Below the pieces are notes generated by a model. The model was not told the DNA's origin, made no database searches, and worked only from the letters and a program-made list of their open reading frames with translations. A program made the translations under genes and the position numbers. Below are positions 55,249 through 62,746 of a stretch of 62,746 nt of DNA, one piece after another. Position 1 is the stretch's first letter. The number at the start of each line of letters is the position of its first letter. Source of the DNA: a virus (lineage: Duplodnaviria > Caudoviricetes); IMG/VR virus record IMGVR_UViG_3300044971_000798, positions 1-62,746 of that record; one strand, 5' to 3'.

Positions 55249-55461
55249 ACTAGGGCAGGCTAGGTAGGGAACAAAGAGGGAACGAGCAGGGGGCTAGATG
55301 GGCCAAAGAGAATTGTAACAAAATGTAACTGCCAATGATTTCAATGGGTTAGGGCTATTGCAATGCCTGGGGCTTTGTGAAATTATAATTGGGCCAAGGC
55401 GGAAAGCGCTAAGGCGGGACCGGACCCTATCCGGGGCGCATAACCTAAGGAAATCAGCGCC

Positions 55462-55884
55462 ATGTCTATTAAAATCAATACCTATGTTTCGAAGGCTGGT
55501 AAGGAATTTCGTTCGCTTAGCGTTGCCGATATTTTCGCGGCGCTTGGGATGCCGGAGCAAGCGGCGGCGGGATGCGGTTTGACGCCAGACGGTAAAACCC
55601 TGCTTTTGTGGGAACCGAAGGCGCCTAAGCAAGAGAAGGCGCCGCACATTGCCAAGGAAATGCAAGCCGCCATTACCGCATGGGCGGAGCATATCAAAAG
55701 CGGGGCTGGCAAGCTTGAAGATATTCAAGACAAGGTGTTGCGGGATAGCGTTGCACGCCTAATGAAGCCCGCCCCTATTCAAATGCCGCCCACCAAACAG
55801 GCAATCCAGATGCCCCCCGCGCGCCAAGTAAATGAAACTGGTCCTGTTGGCGTGACCATCACCCGGCGGAAAAAGGTAGCATAA
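55462..55884 (+). CDS. Isolated hypothetical protein between the two origin-like elements
   Basis: 140 aa; SD TAAGGA; followed by a terminator. Confidence 0.7.
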   Translation: MSIKINTYVSKAGKEFRSLSVADIFAALGMPEQAAAGCGLTPDGKTLLLWEPKAPKQEKAPHIAKEMQAAITAWAEHIKSGAGKLEDIQDKVLRDSVARLMKPAPIQMPPTKQAIQMPPARQVNETGPVGVTITRRKKVA

Positions 55885-55895
55885 ACAAAGAGTTA

Positions 55896-55929
55896 GCCCC
55901 TAGGCAGAAATGCTTAGGGGTTTTTTCTT
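55896..55929 (+). terminator. Intrinsic terminator
   Basis: CCCCTAGGCA-GAAA-TGCTTAGGGG-TTTTTTCTT. Confidence 0.85.
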
Positions 55930-56140
55930 GCCTAGGCCTAGGTATATTTTCCTATCTAGCCTCTAGTCTAGAGGGAATCTATTCCCATCCGACCAGGGCG
56001 CCGCCAGGAATCTATTCCGCCAGCCGAGGGGGTAGGCCGGGGCGGGGCTGGAAAATTACGCCCGGTCAGGCTCTGTATCAGTATGCCCCTACCAAAATCG
56101 CGCGTATTTTTAGACTTGCCTTTCTTTCGCCACAATCCCC

Positions 56141-56320
56141 CTATCCCATTTTCATAGGCCCGCCACCCGTATAGCCCCGCGACAACGCCTTCAACATTTC
56201 GTAAAGCGCCTGCTGCACTTCCGTCTCGGTAAACGCCCGGCCATCCTTCGCATAAGCTTCCCGCATGCAATCCTGCAAACTAGACCACATCTGCTTTGCA
56301 AATTCTTCGCGTGTCACCAT
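56141..56320 (-). CDS. Small hypothetical protein (predicted leaderless)
   Basis: MVTREEFAKQMW...; minus-strand promoter TTGACG(56355-50)-17-TAGGGT(56332-27). Confidence 0.55.
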   Translation of the reverse strand: MVTREEFAKQMWSSLQDCMREAYAKDGRAFTETEVQQALYEMLKALSRGYTGGGPMKMG

Positions 56321-56366
56321 GCCCACACCCTACCCGAAACCCAGGCGCCCGTCAACCCCCGGCGCG

Positions 56367-56607
56367 GGTGAGTTTCTGTTTGTAAAGCTCACCGCAACCC
56401 TCACCAAAAAGATGTAGTCATATCAAGCGATTAGCTCAAAAGTGAGAAAGGTGAGGAAGGTGAGCGCCCCCTTCTTATCAGAGAAGAAAGTATATAATAT
56501 ATAAAAGGTAGGCGATTTTACGCTCACCTCACTCACCGCTCACTTATCCAATGATATCAATGACTTAGCCCGCGCCCCCGAGGTGAAGAAGAGTGACCTT
56601 CTCTCAC
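56367..56607. other. Origin-like element B
   Basis: GTGAG x3, TATATAATATATAAAA core, CTCAC x4; IHF-consensus sites 56421-33 and 56555-67. Confidence 0.7.
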
Positions 56608-56730
56608 ATCGTTTCGTTTAGCTACCATCTCTAGACGCCGGGCGCATTTCGGCAAGGTAGACTTATATATACCAGAAATCTACTCCAAATACAAGCCCTC
56701 GGCCCCGACGGGTCCCGCGCAGACGCGCCC

Positions 56731-56759
56731 TTGACATCCGGCGCAGGCTTTGTTATATT
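56731..56759 (+). promoter_or_regulatory. Strong sigma70 promoter
   Basis: TTGACA-17-TATATT with an extended -10 TG. Confidence 0.7.
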
Positions 56760-56763
56760 GCGC

Positions 56764-56936
56764 CCTGTGATCTGATCCTGCACCAAGCAGGGGTAGGACC
56801 GCACCATGCGGGAGACAGGCCATATGCGTCCAGTCAACTTCCTGCGTCACTAAACTACACTAATAGCTCCTTTCGTAACTAGCCGGGCGACTGTCTTTCT
56901 ATAGGGTCTTGGGGCGTCTCGCCCACCGGCATTTTC
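56764..56936 (+). ncRNA. Candidate small structured RNA
   Basis: Downstream of a promoter, no convincing + strand ORF; predicted three-way junction plus a 3' hairpin. Confidence 0.3.
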
Positions 56937-56968
56937 ATATCATTACAAAAATGTAATTCGTCGACACG

Positions 56969-56997
56969 TTGACACCCTCGCGTCCCTGCCTTATACA
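56969..56997 (+). promoter_or_regulatory. Sigma70 promoter of the thyX operon
   Basis: TTGACA-17-TATACA; upstream palindrome ATTACA-N4-TGTAAT (56942-57). Confidence 0.55.
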
Positions 56998-57025
56998 CAT
57001 CTTCCCACCAACAAAGGAGAGGGCA

Positions 57026-57226
57026 GTGGAACTACCTAGTGCAGATCGATTTGATCTGGAACAAGCCATCATGCAATGCTGGGGCGTTGTCGATGACCTG
57101 AAGTCTTTCGTAGCCCAGGACGCTGCGCCAGAAGACTACACGGCCATGGCCCGCGTCTATCAGAAGCACTTTGAATATCTGATGGCTATCTTCGAAAAGA
57201 TGCTGGAAGATCGGAAGCTAGGATGA
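57026..57226 (+). CDS. Conserved small phage protein
   Basis: DRFDLEQAIMQCWGVVDDL; GTG start with SD AAGGAG. Confidence 0.7.
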   Translation: MELPSADRFDLEQAIMQCWGVVDDLKSFVAQDAAPEDYTAMARVYQKHFEYLMAIFEKMLEDRKLG

Positions 57227-57435
57227 CTGACGACACCATGGAACTCACCCACCAAGATTTGGTCGAGGCGCTGGATCGGATCATCCGTCAGCTTGAAGTC
57301 CTTGACAACGCAGCCATCATGAAGTCCCTGAACCTGGGCATGTTCGATATTGACGAGATGATCAAGATCGTCGTACTGTACAAAAGTAAGGTGGTCGTTG
57401 ACGCCCACAAGCAAGGAGTTCTGGAATGGAAGTAA
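57223..57435 (+). CDS. Hypothetical protein
   Basis: 70 aa; coupled to both neighbours. Confidence 0.6.
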   Translation: MTDDTMELTHQDLVEALDRIIRQLEVLDNAAIMKSLNLGMFDIDEMIKIVVLYKSKVVVDAHKQGVLEWK

Positions 57436-58469
57436 CATATCTTAGTCACATGGGTGATGATCGCATGGTTGTGAACGCTGCCCGCGTGTCCTTCGGCAAG
57501 CGCACCCAAGAGTTCCGGCCCGGCAAGGACGACCGCCTGCTGGCCTTCCTAGCGCGCCACAAGCATGAACTGCCGTTTGCCCACCCCCACGTCAGCTTCC
57601 ACTTCAAGGCGCCCATCTTTGTGGCCCGGCAACTGGCCAAGCACCAAGTAGGCTTCGTGTGGTCGGAGATCAGCCGTCGCTACGTCAAGGATCGGCCCGA
57701 ATTTTATATTCCGTCCTACTGGCGCAAGGCGGCAGAAAATGTAAAGCAGGGCAGTTCTTTGGAACCTGTGGATATTTCTCCGCGTGGTAAGTGTAATCGT
57801 TGTGGTATACCTGTCAGCTATCCTAAACGGCTTTGGTGTAGCTCTGAGTGTCAAACGCTTTCTTGGCGAGAAAACAACCGCTATGCGTATATATTCTCGA
57901 AATGGGGCGCCGCTGCCAAGTTTGAGAATATTCCTTTTACTATCACGCCGGACGATCTTGCGTGGCCCGATAAGTGTCCGTATCTAGATATCCAGCTTGA
58001 TTACACTCCCGGCGACAAAAACGACAATAAGGCATCTCTGGATAAAATTGTGCCTGCTCTTGGTTACGTTCCAGGGAATGTGCAAATTGTTTCTTTGCTT
58101 GCCAATAAGATGAAAAGTTCTGCGTCCTTGGAGCAGATTAAGACTTTTGCAAAAAACGCCTTGTTTATTCACGGTGGGGTTTTTGCAGAAACTTCTCACT
58201 CCTACGCAGATTATTGTGAAAAGGCTGCTGACCTTTATGTGGAACTTATCTCACAGGGTGTTTGCGCTGAACAGGCTCGCATGGTATTGCCCCAAGCGCA
58301 ACTAACGGAATGGCACTGGACCGGAAGTCTGCTGGGCTGGAGCCGGGTCTGGAACCTGCGCGTAAAGCCTGATGCCCAGGCCGAAACCCGTGAAATTGTG
58401 CAACTAATTGGGCCAACCATGAAAGCTTTATTTCCGTTTTCTTGGTCTGCTTTGACTGGCGACCGCTAG
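57426..58469 (+). CDS. thyX: Flavin-dependent thymidylate synthase with an in-frame endonuclease-domain insertion
   Basis: VVNAARVSF, H..PF, PIFVARQLAKHQ...SEISRRY, EQARMVLP, AQAETRE; about 135 extra residues in the middle. Confidence 0.92.
   Translation: MEVTYLSHMGDDRMVVNAARVSFGKRTQEFRPGKDDRLLAFLARHKHELPFAHPHVSFHFKAPIFVARQLAKHQVGFVWSEISRRYVKDRPEFYIPSYWRKAAENVKQGSSLEPVDISPRGKCNRCGIPVSYPKRLWCSSECQTLSWRENNRYAYIFSKWGAAAKFENIPFTITPDDLAWPDKCPYLDIQLDYTPGDKNDNKASLDKIVPALGYVPGNVQIVSLLANKMKSSASLEQIKTFAKNALFIHGGVFAETSHSYADYCEKAADLYVELISQGVCAEQARMVLPQAQLTEWHWTGSLLGWSRVWNLRVKPDAQAETREIVQLIGPTMKALFPFSWSALTGDR
57777..58181 (+). mobile_element. HNH-like endonuclease domain inserted in thyX (approximate bounds)
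   Basis: CNRC...WCSSEC, CPYL, SLDKIVPALGYVPGNVQIVS..ANKMK; lower GC than the thyX 5' part. Confidence 0.8.
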
Positions 58470-58495
58470 AAATTTCTGGCGTTCTTTGGTATACT
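58467..58495 (+). promoter_or_regulatory. Promoter of nrdJ
   Basis: TAGAAA-17-TATACT with an extended -10 TG. Confidence 0.55.
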
Positions 58496-58522
58496 GACCC
58501 TTCATCCAAACAGGAGCTTTGA

Positions 58523-60565
58523 ATGCGTAATTCACCCGAAGTGCGTACACCGTCCGTGCGCGCTGCTACCATTACTCGTCGCACTTACTCCCGCCCACTG
58601 GAAGGCGGCGGCTTTGAAAGCTGGGACGACATTGTCGGTCGCGTCGTCAGCCACCAGCGTTGGCTGTGGCAGCGGGCGCTGGGCGACGTCCCCTTGGACA
58701 AGAAGCAAGAAGATGAACTTGAAGAACTGCGTGACGTGCTGCTGCGCCGTAGCGGTTCTGTGTCTGGCCGTACCCTGTGGCTGGGCGGCACCGAAGTAGC
58801 CAAGCGCCGCGAGGCGTCCATGTTTAACTGCGCGTTCACGAAGGTGGAGACGGTCCATGACGTTGTCGACTCCTTCTGGCTGCTGTTGCAGGGCTGCGGC
58901 GTCGGCTTCGAACCCGTTGTCGGTACGCTCAATGGCTTTACTGCGCCGATGGAAATCGAAGTGGTACGGTCCCAGCGTCATCTACTGGAGCAAAAGAAAG
59001 GCCGCGAAACCAATGTCGAAACGTATACTACCGAAGGCGACCGACTCTGGGGCCGCAAAACGGTATGGACAATTAGTGTGGGTGATTCAGCAGAAGCGTG
59101 GGCAAAGTCGGTCGGTAAAATGCTGGCTGGCAAGCGGAAGGCTGATGTGCTACGACTTGACTTCTCGCAGATTCGTCCAGCCGGGCAACGTCTTAAGGGC
59201 TATGGGTGGATTTCGTCGGGTGATGAAACTTTTGCGCCTGCAATGCAGCATATCGCGGAAATCCTCAACAATCGCGCTGGTCATCTCCTTTCCCGAATCG
59301 ACATCCTCGACGTCCTCAACCACCTTGGCACAACCCTCTCCTCACGTCGTTCGGCTGAGATTGCGCTCGTTCCTTACGGCGATGCCGAATGGGTAGACTT
59401 TGCCAAGGCCAAAAAGGACTTCTGGCTACATAACAACTACCACCGCCAGCAATCTAACAACTCCGTCACTTTCCACGCCAAACCTGCGCGCGAAGACATT
59501 GCCGGGTTGTTCGACATGATGCAAGATGCGGGCGGCTCCGAGCCGGGTTTCATCAACTTTGTGGAGGGCAAGCGCCGGGGTCCGTGGATGTCGGGCGTCA
59601 ATCCCTGCGCCGAAATCCTGCTGCCCAACAAGGGCTTCTGTAACTTGGTGGAAATCAATCTGTCACACTTCAACGGCATCCACGCCAAGAAGCTGTGGCG
59701 GGTGGCGGAACTGCTGGCCCGTGCCAACTACCGCCAGACCTGCGTCAATCTGGTGGACGGCGTCCTTCAGCGGGCGTGGCACGAGAACAACGAGTTCCTG
59801 CGGCTGTGTGGCGTGGGCGTCACAGGCGTTGCCGAATGGGAACCAGCGGGTGATCCGTCCGTCTGGCGCATGCTTCGCGACAAAGTCAAGCGGGCGGCGA
59901 ATGGTATGGCCGACGAACTGGGGCTGCCGCGTCCCAAGGCCGTCACTACGGTCAAGCCGTCGGGCACCCTGTCGAAGATTATGGACACGACCGAAGGCGT
60001 TCACAAGCCGCTGGGCCGCTATATCTTCAATAATGTACGCTTCAGCAAGCACGATCCGTTCGTTCAGGAACTGGTGGACGCCAACTATAAGGTGATTCAG
60101 GACCCGTCCAGCCAGGATGCGGTGCTGGTTACGTTCCCGGTGGCCTACCCACGGGTCCAGATGGACGAAGTAGACGGTAAGTTCGTCAACTTGGAACCCG
60201 CGACGGTCCAGTTGGCTCGCTACAAGACCATGATGGACAATTATGTGGACCATAACTGTTCGGTTACGATCAGCTACAGCCCGGAAGAAGCACCGGAAAT
60301 CGTGGATTGGCTCCATGAAAACTGGGAATCCTACGTGGGCGTGAGCTTTTTGTACCGGACAGACCCCACTAAGACGGCCAAGGACCTTGGCTATTTATAT
60401 TTGCCCCAACAGGTTGTTACAGAAGAAGAATATAATGAGTATGTAAGTACCTTGAAGCCTATAAAAGGGGAAGAAATGGGTACGAATGAACTTGTAAAAG
60501 AAGCTGACGACTTTGAAATCGACACCGGAAGCGAATGTGCAACTGGTGCGTGTCCTGTACGGTAA
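58523..60565 (+). CDS. nrdJ: Class II (adenosylcobalamin-dependent) ribonucleotide reductase
   Basis: GRTLW, FNCAF, NPCAEI, CNL, TVKPSGT, C-terminal ECATGACPVR; no small subunit gene present. Confidence 0.93.
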   Translation: MRNSPEVRTPSVRAATITRRTYSRPLEGGGFESWDDIVGRVVSHQRWLWQRALGDVPLDKKQEDELEELRDVLLRRSGSVSGRTLWLGGTEVAKRREASMFNCAFTKVETVHDVVDSFWLLLQGCGVGFEPVVGTLNGFTAPMEIEVVRSQRHLLEQKKGRETNVETYTTEGDRLWGRKTVWTISVGDSAEAWAKSVGKMLAGKRKADVLRLDFSQIRPAGQRLKGYGWISSGDETFAPAMQHIAEILNNRAGHLLSRIDILDVLNHLGTTLSSRRSAEIALVPYGDAEWVDFAKAKKDFWLHNNYHRQQSNNSVTFHAKPAREDIAGLFDMMQDAGGSEPGFINFVEGKRRGPWMSGVNPCAEILLPNKGFCNLVEINLSHFNGIHAKKLWRVAELLARANYRQTCVNLVDGVLQRAWHENNEFLRLCGVGVTGVAEWEPAGDPSVWRMLRDKVKRAANGMADELGLPRPKAVTTVKPSGTLSKIMDTTEGVHKPLGRYIFNNVRFSKHDPFVQELVDANYKVIQDPSSQDAVLVTFPVAYPRVQMDEVDGKFVNLEPATVQLARYKTMMDNYVDHNCSVTISYSPEEAPEIVDWLHENWESYVGVSFLYRTDPTKTAKDLGYLYLPQQVVTEEEYNEYVSTLKPIKGEEMGTNELVKEADDFEIDTGSECATGACPVR

Positions 60566-60993
60566 TGCCCCATAAGGACAGAGATCAGGACCGGGAGTAT
60601 AAGCGCCAATATTACTCCCGGCGCCGCCGCGAAGACCCTGAATACAGCCGAAAAGGCCAGTACGACTGGCGTGTTAGGAACCCGAAGAAGTATTTACTGT
60701 CTAGGGCCAGGGGCAGAGCTAAGGTAGAGGGTATTCCCTTTGCTATTACAGATGAAGATTTTGAAATACCTGAATATTGCCCAATATTTAGGCATCTCAA
60801 ATTGCAATTTAGTAATGGCAGAGGTAGTAGACCTGATAATATACCCACTCTAGATAAGATAATACCCGCTTTGGGGTATGTTCCGGGTAATGTAGCTGTA
60901 ATATCAATGCGGGCTAATCGCCTAAAGAGCGATTCTACGGCACAAGAATTGCAAGCTATATTGGATTGGATCAATGATCAAACAGCAAGCTAA
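60565..60993 (+). CDS. Free-standing HNH-like homing endonuclease
   Basis: CPIF...TLDKIIPALGYVPGNVAVISMRANRLK; TAATG overlap with nrdJ; AT-rich. Confidence 0.85.
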   Translation: MPHKDRDQDREYKRQYYSRRRREDPEYSRKGQYDWRVRNPKKYLLSRARGRAKVEGIPFAITDEDFEIPEYCPIFRHLKLQFSNGRGSRPDNIPTLDKIIPALGYVPGNVAVISMRANRLKSDSTAQELQAILDWINDQTAS

Positions 60994-61162
60994 GAAAAGG
61001 AGTCCGTGTCGTGGAATATGCCATATTGTTAGGGGTCCCTATAGCCGCATGTGCGGTGGCTGCCTCCGTTTTCTTACGGAAATTGAAAACTGGAGCCGAT
61101 ATACTGATGAAGAACGGGCGAATATCCTCCGGCTACTACCACTAAGGGTAGAACAGACTTGA
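60974..61162 (+). CDS. DUF1289-like small Cys protein
   Basis: SPCRGIC...CGGCLR...EIENW...EER..IL. Confidence 0.75.
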   Translation: MIKQQAKKRSPCRGICHIVRGPYSRMCGGCLRFLTEIENWSRYTDEERANILRLLPLRVEQT

Positions 61163-61217
61163 TTTTATGGAGCCAGTGGGGTATTATCCTGCTGGCTTCA
61201 TCTATTTGGGGGTACTC

Positions 61218-61424
61218 ATGAAGTTTTCCGTTACATACGAGGATGGACTGTGGACCTTCAGCCTGGAATCCACTGATCCGCAGTCCGATTACTACGAAGA
61301 ATTCGAAATTATGGACGAAGACGAAGCCAAGACCGTGGCCGCCGAGCTTATTGGCGAGATTTCCATAGCCGACGACGACCTAGACCTAGAAGAAATGGTT
61401 GCCAACAGGATCGACCCCGAATGA
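61218..61424 (+). CDS. Small acidic protein
   Basis: MKFSVTYEDG...; promoter TTGATT(61159)-17-TATTAT upstream. Confidence 0.6.
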   Translation: MKFSVTYEDGLWTFSLESTDPQSDYYEEFEIMDEDEAKTVAAELIGEISIADDDLDLEEMVANRIDPE

Positions 61425-61672
61425 CCCAGTCCAAAGCTTCAGCTATCGAACAATTCCAAGAGATGGTGGACCTGGACCGTAAAATAGCCAGCACCGTCGC
61501 CAAGGTTATGGCCCAGTCCCCGGTAGCTATCATGATTGCCTGGGAAGATGCTGAAGGTGGCGTTAAGGCTACCAGCATTCCCTTCTCGGCCTGCCTTGTC
61601 AAGGGCATGGTCGACACCCTTTTCGATATGGTATTTGACAATGATCCAGAAGCTGATGACGATGTATCGTAA
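61421..61672 (+). CDS. Hypothetical protein
   Basis: 83 aa; ATGA overlap. Confidence 0.6.
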   Translation: MTQSKASAIEQFQEMVDLDRKIASTVAKVMAQSPVAIMIAWEDAEGGVKATSIPFSACLVKGMVDTLFDMVFDNDPEADDDVS

Positions 61673-61685
61673 AGCACGGTATGTC

Positions 61686-61714
61686 TTGCATAATTTAGCC
61701 CACTATGTTATACT
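61686..61714 (+). promoter_or_regulatory. Promoter of the tail-fibre operon
   Basis: TTGCAT-17-TATACT with an extended -10 TG. Confidence 0.65.
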
Positions 61715-61739
61715 AGTTCGCTAATGGAGATGCCAACCC

Positions 61740-62746
61740 ATGCCAAATTTTAAAATCTCGCAGCTTACGACGGCAACTGCCGTCTCGGCCACCAACCAAT
61801 TTGAAATCAATCAGAACGCCGCTTCCCGCAGCTTGGAAGTATCGGTGCTTTCTACCTATATTCGCAGCGGCGATTCCGGCAAAGCTATTGTAGTATCCGT
61901 AAGTACCGCATCTGACGCCGTCCGTATCACCCAGACAGGCACTGGCAACGCGCTGGTAGTTGAGGATAGCACAAATCCCGATAGCAGTCCGTTTGTGGTA
62001 GATGCTTCCGGCAATGTTGGCGTGGGAACTGGAACCCCAACCGCTAAACTAGACATTGGTTCGGGCAACCTTTCGTTCACCAGTACGGGGCAGCGCATTA
62101 CGGGGGACTTTAGTAACGGCACACAAAGCAATCGTGTATTTTTTCAAACCACAACCGCAGGCGGCGGTACCTCAGTTGGCACCATCCCAAATGCAACGGG
62201 AGTTAACAGTGCCTTTAATGCTTTTGGAGGGCCAGACCCAGGCAACGCATCTTTTGCTCAACTTAGGGCTGGTTCAGATACGTCAGATGTTCGTTTGACT
62301 TCTGGCATAAATGGAACTGGCACCTACTACCCCATGACGTTTTACACAGGCGGCTCCGAGCGGATGCGCCTGGATACGTCTGGCAACGTTGGGATTGGGA
62401 CGACAAGCACCACTGCAAATGCAAAGTTGGCGGTGGAGCAGGGTATAGTCGCACGGGCTTCAACAGCAGGGTTAGTTCCTTACCTACAGTTGTATAACTC
62501 AAATGCTGGCACTGATCTAAAAACATGGCGGTTTGGCGGCGATTCTGCTGGGTCGCTTTCAATTGAAACAGTTAATGATGCTTATAGCGCTGCTGTGCAG
62601 CGTTTGGTTATTAACAGCAGCGGCAACGTGGGGATTGGGACGAGTTCGCCTTCGGCATACGGCCTGACAGTAAGTAAGGCTTCTGGTGCCGCAGGAATGC
62701 AAATTGCGTCAGGGGCTAATAATTCTGACTTTGTAATGAGTGGAAC
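61740..62746 (+). CDS. Tail fibre, 5' part (runs off the end; continues in frame at 2044-2677, about 546 aa in total)
   Basis: MPNFKISQLTTA..., GNVG(V/I)GT repeats; same reading phase as 1415-2677 across the 127-bp repeat. Confidence 0.88.
   Translation, partial: MPNFKISQLTTATAVSATNQFEINQNAASRSLEVSVLSTYIRSGDSGKAIVVSVSTASDAVRITQTGTGNALVVEDSTNPDSSPFVVDASGNVGVGTGTPTAKLDIGSGNLSFTSTGQRITGDFSNGTQSNRVFFQTTTAGGGTSVGTIPNATGVNSAFNAFGGPDPGNASFAQLRAGSDTSDVRLTSGINGTGTYYPMTFYTGGSERMRLDTSGNVGIGTTSTTANAKLAVEQGIVARASTAGLVPYLQLYNSNAGTDLKTWRFGGDSAGSLSIETVNDAYSAAVQRLVINSSGNVGIGTSSPSAYGLTVSKASGAAGMQIASGANNSDFVMSG
62620..62746 (+). repeat. 127-bp exact repeat of 1917-2043
   Basis: Direct sequence identity. Confidence 0.97.

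Noticed and set aside
56764-56820. Hammerhead ribozyme or tRNA
   Set aside because: It lacks the CUGANGA/GAAA core and any cloverleaf or T-loop.
57777-58181. Intein in thyX
   Set aside because: No recognisable splice-junction residues or blocks; the insert is about the size of the endonuclease domain alone.

Overview
A near-complete genome of a lytic, podovirus-like tailed dsDNA phage. The host is probably alphaproteobacterial (inference). The last 127 bp (62620-62746) exactly repeat 1917-2043, so 1917-62619 closes into a 60,703-bp circle. Positions 1-1916 look like a tail-gene fragment of a different phage joined at a shared tail-fibre repeat. The + strand (61.7 kb through the junction to 32.6 kb) carries tail fibres, an SF3-like helicase/ATPase, terminase, portal, GroES, scaffold, capsid, neck and nozzle proteins, large ejection proteins and two glycosyltransferase genes. 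The - strand (54.4 down to 32.6 kb) carries early small genes, a GP88-like gene, rIIA/rIIB, recombination genes, a split family A DNA polymerase, dUTPase, lysis genes and basic GG-motif proteins. A control region at 54.4-57.0 kb is followed by thyX, class II nrdJ and an HNH-like gene. No integrase, tRNA, CRISPR array, phage RNA polymerase or primase was recognised. The most notable items are: two origin-like elements (GTGAG/CTCAC iterons, AT core, IHF sites) whose pentamer also overlaps the helicase promoter; ThyX with an in-frame endonuclease domain and no intein motifs; PolA split inside its exonuclease domain, with His at the 762-equivalent position; a glycosylation locus together with V-S-x enrichment in outer virion proteins; and a repeated [FYM]xxGG motif. 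All family assignments are by-eye motif recognition, not database searches.
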